This document shows, one piece after another, positions 9,462-19,779 of a stretch of 64,000 nucleotides of DNA; position 1 is the first letter of the stretch, and the number at the start of each line of letters is the position of its first letter. The translations under genes and the position numbers were made by a program. Under the pieces are notes generated by a model. That model was not told where the DNA came from, made no database searches, and saw only the letters and a program-made list of their open reading frames with translations. Location: assembly GCA_963828195.1 (NCBI GenBank), contig CAWHDT010000005.1, positions 480,001 to 544,000 of the forward strand, given 5' to 3'. Source of the DNA: Candidatus Bathyarchaeota archaeon (GTDB lineage Archaea; Thermoproteota; Bathyarchaeia; Bathyarchaeales; Bathycorpusculaceae).

Positions 9462-10349
9462 ATGTCAGCTAAACAGTTTTTCATAGACCGCTACGCGGAG
9501 CTCGGTTGGGCATTTCGGGAAGTTAACCTGAAGCAGTCAATCCGAATAAACCAAACCAACGTTAAAGGAAAAAATCTTCCCGACAGGCTCCGCGGCTTAG
9601 GCGTCGAACTTGAGAAAATCCCTTTTCTGGCGGCGGGGTGGTGGGTTGGAGAATCCAAAGTTTCCGTCGGCGCCACAGCCGAGTACCTACTGGGCATGTA
9701 CTCTGTTCAGGAGGCAGCAGCGCAGATTCCCGCCGCGCTCTTCACTGCTTTAAGAGGCAAAACGGTGCTTGACGCTTCAGCGGCGCCGGGCGGAAAAACC
9801 GTTCAGCTGGCGGACTTGATGGAGAACAGCGGAGCCATAATTGCTTTGGATGAAAACAAGCAGCGGTTGGTGGCAATGGCGAACCATTTGGAGCGCTGCC
9901 ACGTCAGCAACACAATCGTTTACAATCTGGATGCCAGGCAAGCTGCAACACTGAACCGCGTCTTTGACCGCATACTTTTGGATGTTCCCTGCTCGGGCAA
10001 CTTTGCCTCTGACAGCCAATGGCTTTACCGCAGAACCCTCGCGGACGTGGAGCGGAACGCGAAGGTGCAGCGGGAAATTCTCTCTGAAGCTACAAAATGT
10101 TTAGCGGCTGATGGCGAAATGGTTTATTCTACTTGTTCACTGGAGCCTGAGGAAGACGAGTTGAACATGGATTGGGCTGTCAAAAACTTGGGGCTACAAA
10201 TTCAACCCATTGACTGCATCGGGGTAGAAGGGTTAACTGAGGTTTTCGGCAGAAAACTTGACGCTCAAATTGCAAACTGCAGAAGAATCTGGCCACAAAA
10301 AACACAGGGCTTCTTCGCGTGCAAACTGAAAAAGGCGGCGGCGAAATGA
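9462..10349 (+). CDS. NOL1/Nop2/Sun RNA m5C methyltransferase
   Basis: AAPGGKT, LLDVPCSG and YSTCS catalytic motifs. Confidence 0.92.
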   Translation: MSAKQFFIDRYAELGWAFREVNLKQSIRINQTNVKGKNLPDRLRGLGVELEKIPFLAAGWWVGESKVSVGATAEYLLGMYSVQEAAAQIPAALFTALRGKTVLDASAAPGGKTVQLADLMENSGAIIALDENKQRLVAMANHLERCHVSNTIVYNLDARQAATLNRVFDRILLDVPCSGNFASDSQWLYRRTLADVERNAKVQREILSEATKCLAADGEMVYSTCSLEPEEDELNMDWAVKNLGLQIQPIDCIGVEGLTEVFGRKLDAQIANCRRIWPQKTQGFFACKLKKAAAK

Positions 10350-10822
10350 GACCTTACGAAGTTTTTGCTTCCCGTTTCGGCGGCAGAGTCCAGTTTAACC
10401 CAGAGTTTATTCTTGAAAAAAATCAACGCTTCTACCTTTTGAATCCGCGCCTGAAAAAGGTTGGGCAAGAAGACTTTTTTTACGCTGGCTTGTACCTTGG
10501 CAAAGTGGGCAAAAACGGGGGTTTCTTTCCGAGCTTCAACCTGCTGAACTTGCTTGTTGATGTTGCGGCGAACAAAATTGTCGTCGATCGGAAGGCAGCT
10601 TGGCTTTTCATCTGCGGAAGAGATGTTTTTAGGGAGGGGATTGTGAAGGTGATGGGTTCTAAGCGGAGAGGCGAGGCGGTTTTGGTTCTGAATGAGTTTG
10701 GTGAGTGTCTTGGATTTGGCTCTTTAATGGATGGCTTAAATGAAGGTGGTGGTAAGGTTGCTGTCAGGAATGTGCTGGATGTCGGCGATTTTCTGCGGAG
10801 AGAACGAAGAGGAAACTTCTAA
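10346..10822 (+). CDS. Nip7-like PUA-domain ribosome biogenesis protein
   Basis: Translationally coupled to the Nop2 homologue. WLFICGRDVF..LVLNE..CLGFG..DVGDFLRRE is a Nip7/PUA pattern. Confidence 0.75.
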   Translation: MRPYEVFASRFGGRVQFNPEFILEKNQRFYLLNPRLKKVGQEDFFYAGLYLGKVGKNGGFFPSFNLLNLLVDVAANKIVVDRKAAWLFICGRDVFREGIVKVMGSKRRGEAVLVLNEFGECLGFGSLMDGLNEGGGKVAVRNVLDVGDFLRRERRGNF

Positions 10823-10979
10823 CTCTATAAGCTGGTTCGGCTGAACGCAAAAAAAATTGGGTGACAGCTTGATTGCCCCAGAAATTTTTGTTTTGTGTAG
10901 TGAACGTTTATTCAAACAATTTAGGGATAAACTTATATATGTTTATGTTTTAAGTGGATTCTCAAACATATGATTTAAT

Positions 10980-12452
10980 ATGGTGAAAGTCATGGATGAA
11001 CAAGTAAAGAAAGCAATTGAAACCCTCAAATCAAACAATATTCGATGGGTGCACTCTGCATTCGTCGATGTAAGAGGAATACTTCAAGACATGGTTCTGC
11101 CCGCCCGAGAATACATAAGCGGCTCAGCATTCACCGACGGCATCGGCTTCGACGGATCTTCAGTACGCGGCTTCAAATCAATCGAAGAATCCGACATGAT
11201 CTTTATGCCTGACGCCAAAACCTTATCGATAATGCCCTGGGTAACTGATGAGGCGCAGAAAAGCGCAATCGTACTCGGCGACGCATTGGAAGCTTCAGGG
11301 GGAAAAGAACCCTCCGTTGCTTGCCCAAGAGGCTACGTTGCAAAAAGAGCAATTAAAGCGGCCAAGGACATGGGGTACACTGGAATTTTCGCTCCTGAAC
11401 TTGAACATTTCGTGTTTACGTCAATTGACCCCACCAAAATGACCTGGGACCTTTGGGCAGCTCCAAAAAGCGGAGAAGGAGATGCTTGGGGTGCGCCAAG
11501 GGTTGTGCCAAACTCGCCAGAAGTAACTCCCGGCGGCTTCATACTCAGACCTAAAGAAGCTTACTATCGAACTCCGCCCGAAGACACAACGGTTGAGTAC
11601 CGGAACGAGGTTTCACAGGTTTTGGAAGATAACTTTGGCTTAACAATCGAGAAGCATCACCACGAAGTAGCAACTGTCGGCCAAGTAGAAATCGACTACA
11701 AATACGGTGAACTGCTGGAAACCGCTGACCGAGCACTCTTCTTCAAGTTCGTCGCCAAAAACATCGCTAAGAAACGCGGCTTAATCGCCACTTTCATGCC
11801 GAAACCCATCTACCTTGACAACGCCAGCGGCATGCACGTTCACTCAAGCATATGGAAAGACGGGAAAAACGCAATGTATGACGCAGAAGATGACTACTGT
11901 GAACTCAGCCAAACTGGCAGATACTACGTCGGAGGCATACTTGCCCACGCTAAAGCTTTAACTGCAGTGTGTTGCCCAACTGTGAGCAGCTACAAACGCT
12001 TAGTGCCAGGCTTTGAAGCGCCAATTTACGTTATGTGGTCCAGAGCCAACCGATCTGCACTTGCCCGCATCCCTATGTACTATAAGGGTCCTTCTCATCA
12101 GGCGCAAAAAAGAGTTGAGTACCGAGGCGTTGACCCATCATGCAACCCATATCTGGCATTCGCATGCATTATGATGGCTGGTTTCGACGGAATCAAAAAG
12201 AAACTTGATCCAGGCGACCCAGTTGACGAAGACGTTTACAAACTAAGCAAAGCAAAACGCAAAGAACTAGGCATAAAAGAGCTCCCCACCACGCTCAAAG
12301 GCGCGCTAGATGAAATGGAAAACGACGACGTCATAAAAGAAACCTTAGGCACCCACGTGTTCGACGCATTCATTGAACTTAAAACAAACGACTGGAACCA
12401 ATACTGCCTCTACGTTTCGCCTTGGGAAATAATGAAGTACCTCGACTACTAA
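10980..12452 (+). CDS. glnA: Glutamine synthetase type I (with GSI-beta-like insertion)
   Basis: FDGSS, HHEV..GQVEI, FMPKP..NASGMH, RLVPGFEAP, NRSALARIP and EYRGVDP motifs. Confidence 0.95.
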   Translation: MVKVMDEQVKKAIETLKSNNIRWVHSAFVDVRGILQDMVLPAREYISGSAFTDGIGFDGSSVRGFKSIEESDMIFMPDAKTLSIMPWVTDEAQKSAIVLGDALEASGGKEPSVACPRGYVAKRAIKAAKDMGYTGIFAPELEHFVFTSIDPTKMTWDLWAAPKSGEGDAWGAPRVVPNSPEVTPGGFILRPKEAYYRTPPEDTTVEYRNEVSQVLEDNFGLTIEKHHHEVATVGQVEIDYKYGELLETADRALFFKFVAKNIAKKRGLIATFMPKPIYLDNASGMHVHSSIWKDGKNAMYDAEDDYCELSQTGRYYVGGILAHAKALTAVCCPTVSSYKRLVPGFEAPIYVMWSRANRSALARIPMYYKGPSHQAQKRVEYRGVDPSCNPYLAFACIMMAGFDGIKKKLDPGDPVDEDVYKLSKAKRKELGIKELPTTLKGALDEMENDDVIKETLGTHVFDAFIELKTNDWNQYCLYVSPWEIMKYLDY

Positions 12453-12642
12453 GTCAAGGTTTTCCATTCTTTTCTTTTTTAATTGCATCTATGAGATAAA
12501 ATAAAAGTTAGTATTTTTCGAAATGAAGTTGATTTTTCTCTAAAAAAAGTTTTACACTAAATGTTTAGTGCTGAGTGATACTTCGTATTTGACTCCGCAA
12601 AAGCTGTGAAGTTTTTTGGAAAAAGCAAAATAAGAAAAAATT

Positions 12643-12960
12643 TTAGGTTGCGGGCGTCTCTTTGAAGACTTCTTCTACGTCATGTTCCGGTTCTGTTTTC
12701 TCTTCAGGCATTTCAGGTTGTTTTTCTTCTTCTTTTTCTGCGTCTATGCTAAAAATATAGACGACAAACGAGACAACTGCGAGTACTAAGTACGGCAACA
12801 TTGCAACTATGATGGTGTAAGCAATGAAGGCTGCGGGGGCGGATGACGTATACTGCAGCTTATCTAACTCGTAGCTTATCACACCGGCTAAAGCTGTAAA
12901 AACAATGAATACTAAACCAAATATCAATGCAATTTTGTTAATTATTTTCCAGCTGTTCAT
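12643..12960 (-). CDS. Small two-TM membrane protein with acidic tail
   Basis: Two hydrophobic helices. Upstream purine-rich SD-like sequence. Confidence 0.7.
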   Translation of the reverse strand: MNSWKIINKIALIFGLVFIVFTALAGVISYELDKLQYTSSAPAAFIAYTIIVAMLPYLVLAVVSFVVYIFSIDAEKEEEKQPEMPEEKTEPEHDVEEVFKETPAT

Positions 12961-13252
12961 TTTTTTGCCTCAATATCTATTTGCCTTACGCTTGCTTACC
13001 TTTTAAAGCATTGCTTTTCGAAAAACAAAGCCAGATTCAGCATAATTTTAGGTTGCTATGAATTCAAGTTCAAACCAGCGGTTCAAGGCAGGGAGCGCAG
13101 CGAAGCAGGTTAAATTTTAGAATACCAGCCCATTGCCCGATTAAACAATCAGCCATTTCCAGCGGCACAATCGTTTAAACGTTAAATATATTTATGCTTA
13201 AACATCTATTAAATAAACAGTCAATCAAAAGCTGATTGACAGGTGAAATTAA

Positions 13253-14617
13253 ATGAGAAATTTCAAAGATGCTGTTTGGAAAGAGAGCGTAACAAAAGTA
13301 ATTCAGGAATTACGTGAACAAGAAATCAAGTTCATCAGACTTCAATTCACCGACATAAATGGCATGTTAAAGAATTTGGCTGTAAGCGCAAAAAATATTG
13401 AAGCAATATTTGAAAATGGCCAATCTTTTGATGGATCCTCCATAACAGGTTACAGGCCCATCGAGGAGTCAGACATGGTGCTGTACCCTGACCCCACTAC
13501 CTTCGCGGTTCTGCCTTGGAGACCGAAAGAAAAGTCTTCTGCTAGGCTGCTCTGCGACATTTACACTCCGCAAAACAAGCGTTTTGAAGGGGATCCAAGG
13601 TACGTTCTTGAACGAGCCATTGAAAAAGCGTCCAAAGCAGGCTTCACATTCATGTGCGCGCCTGAACTTGAGTTTTTCATAGTTGAAGAAAGCGAGACCG
13701 GCGGCTTGCCAACACCCATTGACATGGCTGGCTACTTTGACTTTCATCCTGGAGACTTAACAGACGACCTCAGACGGGAAATCGCTGACACGGCGGAGGC
13801 TTTCGGTATTGAAATCGAGATTTCGCATCATGAAGTTGCGTTGGGGCAAAATGAAATTGACTTCAAATACGATGAAGCCTTGAAGACGGCTGACAGAACC
13901 CTTACAATGAAAATGTGCGGGAAAGTGGTTGGTGCACGAAACGGCTACATAACCACGTATATGCCTAAACCGTTCTCAGGCATAAATGGTTCAGGAATGC
14001 ATACTCACCAAAGCCTCTGGAACAAAAACGTGTCGCAAAACCTCTTTTACGAAGACAACGAAAAGAACGGCTTCCTATCAGACCTAGCAAGAAACTTTAT
14101 AGGTGGACAATTAGCACACGGACGCAAAATGTGCGCAATACTTGATTCATGGCCAAACAGCTTCAAACGTTTAGTCCCAGGCTACGAAGCACCAGTTTAT
14201 CTTGCTTGGGCACACAAAAACCGTTCACCGCTTATCCGAGTGCCAAACTTCGGCGGAAGAAAAAACGCTGCCCGATGTGAAATCCGCTGCCCCGACGGAG
14301 CAGGAAACCCGTACCTGCAGTTTGCAGTGCTTTTAGCCGCGGGTTTGGATGGCATCAAGAACAGGATTGACCCAGGCGACCCAGTGGAGCTAAATGTTTA
14401 TCAGATGACCTATGAAGAACGAAAAGAACGAAACATCGTTTCACTACCAGAATCCCTGCAAGAGGCGCTCGATGAGCTTGAGACCAGTGATTTGATGCGT
14501 GAAACACTTGGCGAAACCGCATTTGACAATTTCCTGCGAGAAAAACGCAGAGAATGGGACCTCTACCGCACACAAGTCACAGAGTGGGAAGTCAACCGCT
14601 ACATAAAACGGCTTTAA
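13253..14617 (+). CDS. glnA: Second glutamine synthetase-family protein (GSI-alpha-like)
   Basis: FDGSSI, HHEVALGQNEI, YMPKP..NGSGMH, RLVPGYEAP and NRSPLIRVP motifs. GGTGA SD. Confidence 0.92.
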   Translation: MRNFKDAVWKESVTKVIQELREQEIKFIRLQFTDINGMLKNLAVSAKNIEAIFENGQSFDGSSITGYRPIEESDMVLYPDPTTFAVLPWRPKEKSSARLLCDIYTPQNKRFEGDPRYVLERAIEKASKAGFTFMCAPELEFFIVEESETGGLPTPIDMAGYFDFHPGDLTDDLRREIADTAEAFGIEIEISHHEVALGQNEIDFKYDEALKTADRTLTMKMCGKVVGARNGYITTYMPKPFSGINGSGMHTHQSLWNKNVSQNLFYEDNEKNGFLSDLARNFIGGQLAHGRKMCAILDSWPNSFKRLVPGYEAPVYLAWAHKNRSPLIRVPNFGGRKNAARCEIRCPDGAGNPYLQFAVLLAAGLDGIKNRIDPGDPVELNVYQMTYEERKERNIVSLPESLQEALDELETSDLMRETLGETAFDNFLREKRREWDLYRTQVTEWEVNRYIKRL

Positions 14618-14754
14618 GCCCTAGCGGCTGTTTGCCTTTTTTTATCTTTGATTTTTTTGTGCCTTAAAAGCATCTATGCTTTTTATGAACAAAGAAGTTT
14701 CTGTATTTCTAATTCATAAGAGCTATTATCGGGGTTGCAGATGCATGCATGTGA

Positions 14755-15057
14755 TTGATTATGCGACGGTCCAAGCTTGAACTTTATGTTGCCGTTCTGA
14801 ACGTTGTTGCCATCCGTGGACCTCTTAATATTACTGGGTTGCTGCTTAGAGCAAGGCTGAACCATGTGCAGCTAAAACCCATCTTAAACAATTTAATAAA
14901 TAAAGGGGTTATTCAAGAGCAACATCTGGAAAATGACTCTATTGTTTATGTATTAACCTCTTTGGGGCAGCGGCTGTCAAAGCAGTTTAAACAGGTAGAA
15001 GAATCCAAATGGTCTCTTGATGATCTGCCAGAACAAACCATCGCTGCCCTTATTTGA
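14755..15057 (+). CDS. Winged-helix transcriptional regulator (archaeal RRSKLE-type)
   Basis: MRRSKLELYVAVL..LNNLINKGVI..YVLTSLG wHTH pattern. Confidence 0.75.
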   Translation: MIMRRSKLELYVAVLNVVAIRGPLNITGLLLRARLNHVQLKPILNNLINKGVIQEQHLENDSIVYVLTSLGQRLSKQFKQVEESKWSLDDLPEQTIAALI

Positions 15058-15166
15058 CCTCCTAAAAGTCGGGTTAACGTGGATTTGACGCTGATTGTGA
15101 ATTCAGATTTTGGCGCAATAAATTAATTAAATTACTTTGTTCGTATCGTTTTTGAAGGAAAATTGC

Positions 15167-15382
15167 ATGAAGGAAAATTTAGATTCGAAAAGCAGGAAAG
15201 AACTTGCAAATAAAATCGTAGCTCTTCTTGGCAAAGAAATGCAGCCCTTACCCAAAGAAGTTCAGATCATACTGGCAGACGATTTAGTTACCGTTTTTGA
15301 AAGCAGACTTAAAGTTCTAAACCGTGCACAGTCTCCAGTTGACTTCTATGTTGAACTGCCTCAGAAAGTAAGCATCAACTAA
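15167..15382 (+). CDS. Hypothetical protein
   Basis: Clean ORF with ATG at 15167 and coding-like composition. Confidence 0.6.
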   Translation: MKENLDSKSRKELANKIVALLGKEMQPLPKEVQIILADDLVTVFESRLKVLNRAQSPVDFYVELPQKVSIN

Positions 15383-15433
15383 CAAGCCTAAAGTCCCCCA
15401 AGCATCAACCCATAATACAAAATGGCTAAACTG

Positions 15434-15844
15434 TCATGTCACGTGTAACCAACCGCGTCCGCCCTTCTTGGGCTGCTTAACAGACCGCTTCACAGGAACA
15501 TCCTGCAGGGTGCGCGTGTTCTTTTGAGACCTGGGACCGATGATTTCGGTTTTCACGAACTTACTCCAGCCGCCCACCTGGACATTGGGTTGAATGACGC
15601 GGTCAAGATTTTCAACCACATTTTGCTCAACAATCTCCTTAAAACTTAGTGCTTTGAAATCTTTTGTTGCGTGAATAACAGTGCCTCGTTCTACCTTCAA
15701 AGTTGCGTAGTCGCATACTGAAACGCCTTCGGCCAAAACCTTATCGTTAAACCGCTCGCTCCACAAAAGCTTCCATTGAGTCTTAAGCTTCTCAACCAGT
15801 TCCTTCTGAGCGTTAATTCTATCTTCAAAAGAATCTTTAGCCAT
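15434..15844 (-). CDS. Hypothetical protein
   Basis: ORF with likely ATG at 15844 after a GAGGT SD. Confidence 0.7.
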   Translation of the reverse strand: MAKDSFEDRINAQKELVEKLKTQWKLLWSERFNDKVLAEGVSVCDYATLKVERGTVIHATKDFKALSFKEIVEQNVVENLDRVIQPNVQVGGWSKFVKTEIIGPRSQKNTRTLQDVPVKRSVKQPKKGGRGWLHVT

Positions 15845-16009
15845 AACCTCTGGCGAATCATTAGGAACCTGCAATTTGCTCTCCCTACAGCACTGTATGC
15901 GCACACTTGAACCTCGAACTATTTAACAGTTATTCCCCATGAAAACAAATCAAACTTGCACTTAAAAATTCAAAACTCGACCTTACAAAAATAAAAAAAG
16001 TGGTTTAAA

Positions 16010-16279
16010 TTAAAGAGGAGTGATTTTCACTATGTTTCTTTTTTCAAGTCTTCGCAGCGCATCTAGACACTCATCTTTTTTCTCGCCGGTAATGTTTAGG
16101 TTGAGCATTATGTCCCTAACTGAAACTTCTGCTTTACCGAAATTTTCGTGTCGCTTGTACAGATGTTGAACAATGGATTTTTCAAGTTTCCCGCATCGCC
16201 AAGTAGTGTTGCGAATTAAAACGACGATGGTTCGGACAAGTATCTGCTCCTTTGATTTTCTTCCTCGCGGATCGCCCAT
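16010..16279 (-). CDS. Hypothetical basic protein, possible wHTH
   Basis: C-terminal ECLDALRRLEKRNIV resembles a wHTH recognition helix and wing. Confidence 0.6.
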   Translation of the reverse strand: MGDPRGRKSKEQILVRTIVVLIRNTTWRCGKLEKSIVQHLYKRHENFGKAEVSVRDIMLNLNITGEKKDECLDALRRLEKRNIVKITPL

Positions 16280-16359
16280 CTCTCCCCACCGCAATAATTA
16301 AGCTACATCATGGTTTTTAAACATTGTTACCTCTTGGGCTTAAAGTTGTAGACACGAAT

Positions 16360-16809
16360 TTACAGGGTTTTTTTAAGGTAAAAACCGTGCTTTTTGCCGT
16401 AGTATTTTTCTAGTTTACTTATTTTCTGGTACCCAGTGTTTTGATAGAGCTTCAACGCGGATGCATTGTCTTCGCGAACTTCCAAGTGGCATTCGCCAAT
16501 GCTTTTTTGTTTAAGAATTGTTTCTGTTTCTTTCAGCAACTTGCTAGCGATACCTTTTCGCCTATAGTTCGGCGCCACATTTATTGTTATTATATGCCCG
16601 TAAACTGTATTGTTTTCTATTTCTACCTGCGCTATTATAAATCCTGCTATGTCATTGTTTGTTTTGGCTGCCAACGCAATTGTGTTGTAATCCGTGAGCA
16701 AGTAGGCTATTTGCCGTTTCGTGAAGGCTTCCTCGTCAAAGCAAAGCGCTTCAATTTCACATAGCTTATCAAGTAGCTTAAGGGAAGCGGTTTCAATTTT
16801 TATTTCCAT
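16360..16809 (-). CDS. rimI: RimI/Ard1-type N-terminal acetyltransferase
   Basis: HIITINV..YRRKGIA, LEVREDN..ALKLY..GY..YY motifs. Confidence 0.9.
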   Translation of the reverse strand: MEIKIETASLKLLDKLCEIEALCFDEEAFTKRQIAYLLTDYNTIALAAKTNNDIAGFIIAQVEIENNTVYGHIITINVAPNYRRKGIASKLLKETETILKQKSIGECHLEVREDNASALKLYQNTGYQKISKLEKYYGKKHGFYLKKTL

Positions 16810-16829
16810 TTTTTATTATCTTAGAATAA

Positions 16830-17978
16830 TTACGGCAGAGGGTCAATTTTAATTTTTTCTGTGTTAATTGCTGAAGACACTGTTGGCTTCAGTTCGAGCC
16901 ACTGCTGTGCTCCAAGGCCTATGCCGAAGAATAACCATAATGTTATGATTCTTGTAAGTATAGTAGCAGTGGCAGCCAATGCTCCTGGGACACCCATTGA
17001 AATATACAAGGTAGTCATCACGGCCTCTGGAAGCCCAACTTCAAACGGTATGCCTACAGGTATTGATTTGACAGCTAAGAAAATGGCTGAAGTTACAATA
17101 ATTATGCTCCACGAAATCGTGTGACCAAGCGACATAAAGACGAGGTACGGTATGCTGAGACTAAAAACCCAAGATGCAAGCAAATAGAACAGGGAGTAAC
17201 TGATGGTTCGGGGGTTATGCCGGAACTCTTTCATCGCATCGTGAAAATGCGCTGTAATTTCAACCGCTTCTTCTTTTAATTTTTCCAGTTTCATTTTTCC
17301 AAAACTGATTTTTTGCGCAAACCTTGTTACCCAATTGATGACTTTTAACGTCCATTGCTGCTTGTAAGACAAAACAAACATTAAAACAAGTATAGCAATA
17401 ATCGCTGCTGCAACCAGTAAAATGAGGTTAAAGACCAGTGGGTCAACGTTCCCCCCAAAGGTAAGCAACACCAGTCCAATGATTAATGCGAAAGCGTTTA
17501 TTGCGGTTCCAATAAACCTATGAGTATAGAGTGAAGCCACCACTTTTCCAAATGACCCGCATCCATCTCTAGTAAGCAGATATGTTCGAGTTACTTCCCC
17601 GCTGATGGATTGTGCTGGAACAATAGTGTCAACGTACATTCCATACCACACGTAGAGGTACGCTCGAACCACGGTCATTTTGATGGCTAAGCGATTAGTT
17701 AACACGCGCCAAGAAACCGTAAAGAATAGCACTTGGAGTAAACCAAAGATTATAGCTATAGAATAAAGAAGCGGATTAGCGGTTTCCGCCGTGGCAAATA
17801 TACCTAAAATGTTTACATTAAACAAATAAATATACATAAAAAAACCGACTAAACCTAACAGTGGAAAAAGCACTGTCCTCCACGATAATTTCAATTTAGG
17901 CGGCTGCATTTCGGTTCTTTGCACCCAAGGCAAACGGTGAAATGTCATTTTGCCATTATATACTTTGCCTAAATCCAC
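16830..17978 (-). CDS. UPF0104/lysylphosphatidylglycerol-synthase TM (flippase-like) protein
   Basis: About 8 TM helices. VSWR, P..SGEV.R and P..VGLPEA motifs. True start probably slightly downstream. Confidence 0.8.
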   Translation of the reverse strand: MDLGKVYNGKMTFHRLPWVQRTEMQPPKLKLSWRTVLFPLLGLVGFFMYIYLFNVNILGIFATAETANPLLYSIAIIFGLLQVLFFTVSWRVLTNRLAIKMTVVRAYLYVWYGMYVDTIVPAQSISGEVTRTYLLTRDGCGSFGKVVASLYTHRFIGTAINAFALIIGLVLLTFGGNVDPLVFNLILLVAAAIIAILVLMFVLSYKQQWTLKVINWVTRFAQKISFGKMKLEKLKEEAVEITAHFHDAMKEFRHNPRTISYSLFYLLASWVFSLSIPYLVFMSLGHTISWSIIIVTSAIFLAVKSIPVGIPFEVGLPEAVMTTLYISMGVPGALAATATILTRIITLWLFFGIGLGAQQWLELKPTVSSAINTEKIKIDPLP

Positions 17979-18133
17979 GCTGAGGTTTCAAAAAAACACT
18001 CCCCGCTAAATTAGTCACATTAACAAAACACTGTCGAACTGTCAATGCGCAAACAAAAGTCTGCGCTCAATAAACATTAAGTAAGAATTATAAAAAGAAC
18101 AAAAAAGGATTAGATTTTTTTTAGACTTTAAGC

Positions 18134-18730
18134 TTAGTATCTTGGTCTGTAGCCGCCGCCGCTTCCGCCAGAACCTCTTCGGTCTCTGTCTCTGCCGCCG
18201 CCGTAACCGCCGCCACTGCCGCCGCTTCCGCCTCGTCTATCTCTTCCGCCGTAGCCGCCTCCACCGCCTCCGTATCCTCTGCCTCCGCCTCTTCCGCCGC
18301 CGCCTCTGTATGGTCGTCTTTCTTGTTCGTATGCTTTGCTGGATACGTTGTTTTCTGTGTTTACTTCTACGGTGAGTGGTTCTTTTGCGGGTTCGAGTTT
18401 GCCGTATTTGCCGATGTTTAAGCGTATGTTGCCTTTGAATAGTGTGACGTAGCCGTTTTCCACGCGGATTGTGTCGTTTTCGTTTACTTTTTCGATGTTG
18501 TCATCCCAAAGTGTAACGTATACTACGCCTGTTTCGTCGCCGACGAGTGCGTCGCTTACTTTGTGGGGTGAGCCATCTCTGCCCATGGGGATTTCGCGGA
18601 TTTCTGTTTTAGATACTACTTTGGCCGTAACGTTAACCGCTTTTGATTGTGGGGTTAAGTCTCCGACTTTTGCTTCTACTGGTGTCTTTTTGTTTTCGAA
18701 AAAACCTTCAACAGCCAATCTGTTCAACAT
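18134..18730 (-). CDS. ssb: Single-OB-fold ssDNA-binding protein with Gly/Arg/Tyr-rich tail
   Basis: VGDETG..VTLWD..ENGYV.LFKG..RLNIGKYG is the crenarchaeal-type SSB OB fold. Confidence 0.9.
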   Translation of the reverse strand: MLNRLAVEGFFENKKTPVEAKVGDLTPQSKAVNVTAKVVSKTEIREIPMGRDGSPHKVSDALVGDETGVVYVTLWDDNIEKVNENDTIRVENGYVTLFKGNIRLNIGKYGKLEPAKEPLTVEVNTENNVSSKAYEQERRPYRGGGGRGGGRGYGGGGGGYGGRDRRGGSGGSGGGYGGGRDRDRRGSGGSGGGYRPRY

Positions 18731-18818
18731 CCTAGATTTGTGGTTCTAAGGAAAGGTACATGTTCTCTGCACTTAAGTTTTTCGCTTTGCGGATTTTTTG
18801 AGTTGCGTTTTTTTGGGG

Positions 18819-18956
18819 ATTTTTAAGTTGCGACTTTTGGGCTGGCGTAAGTTGCGACTTTCCGCTCTGGGGCTTTGTGTTTTGGGTTGTTTTTTTGGTT
18901 TGGGGTTTTAGGGGCTTGGCGGGTTGCGACTTTGCTACGGGCGGTTGCGACTTTTT
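18819..18956. repeat. Dispersed element, copy 2
   Basis: GTTGCGACTTT boxes at 18827, 18851, 18923 and 18944 with the same T/G-rich spacer. Confidence 0.9.
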
Positions 18957-19096
18957 CGGGGTTTTCCGGCTAGTCCTGGCGGTCGGCACAAAGTGTCGGG
19001 GGTTGTTTGGGTTTGTTGGCAACGTTAACCATTTCTATTAAATGTGAGAAGTCTTATATCATAGTCGATTACAAACTAACATAACGGTGACTGACG

Positions 19097-19389
19097 CTGA
19101 AATCAGCTGCAGAAATAAAAACTCAACTAAACGCGCTTATGCCAATTCTTAAAGAAAAATATGGCGTAGACACAATAGAAATCTTTGGATCTTACGCACG
19201 CACAGAACAAAACAAAAAAAGCGACTTAGACATCCTAATCACCTTCTCAAAACCCTACAACCTTTGGGAATTCATAGATGTAAAAGAGTTCCTGACAAAA
19301 AATTGCGGATGAAAGTGGATTTAGTACCCAAAGACTCTATAAAACCCCTGATCAGAGACCAAATTCTGCAAGAAGCAACGTCGATATGA
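19097..19389 (+). pseudogene. mntA: MntA-type minimal nucleotidyltransferase antitoxin, 1-nt deletion in the A-run at ~19297-19302
   Basis: Manual translation gives IFGSYAR.EQ.KKSDLDILI (GSx10DxD). Restoring one A gives KVDLV..SIKPLIRDQILQEA. Confidence 0.85.
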
Positions 19390-19744
19390 GAGATACAGGC
19401 TGTATCTTAAAGAAATTTTTGACGCAATAGATGAAATTGAGGAATTCACAAAAGGGTTTTCTCTGAAAGATTTTGTGGGCAATAAAATGGCTGTTAGGGC
19501 TGTAATTACAGACCTGATAATTATCGGTGAAGCTGTAGATAAAATTCCTAAAAACATCAAATACAATTATCGGCAAATTCCATGGCGGACTTGGGAAAGA
19601 ATGAGGGAGACCCGAAACGAGCTTGCACATGAATACTATAACGTAAAACCCGACGTTCTCTGGTCAATAATAAAATATGAACTGCCGCCCATAAAACCGA
19701 TAATCAAAAAAATATTAGACGACGAAGCACCAAGCACTGAATAA
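19386..19744 (+). pseudogene. hepT: HepT/DUF86 HEPN RNase toxin, 1-nt deletion just after the start codon
   Basis: IIGEA..IPW..RNELAHEY (Rx4H). ATG at 19386 is out of frame with the body by one base. Confidence 0.85.
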
Positions 19745-19779
19745 AGTAATCAACAAAAATTTTGTTGGCAACCCACTGC

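Noticed and set aside
10848-10864. 17-bp match caaaaaaaattgggtga, also at 39171-39187
   Set aside because: Mostly an A-tract, probably terminator-like low complexity.
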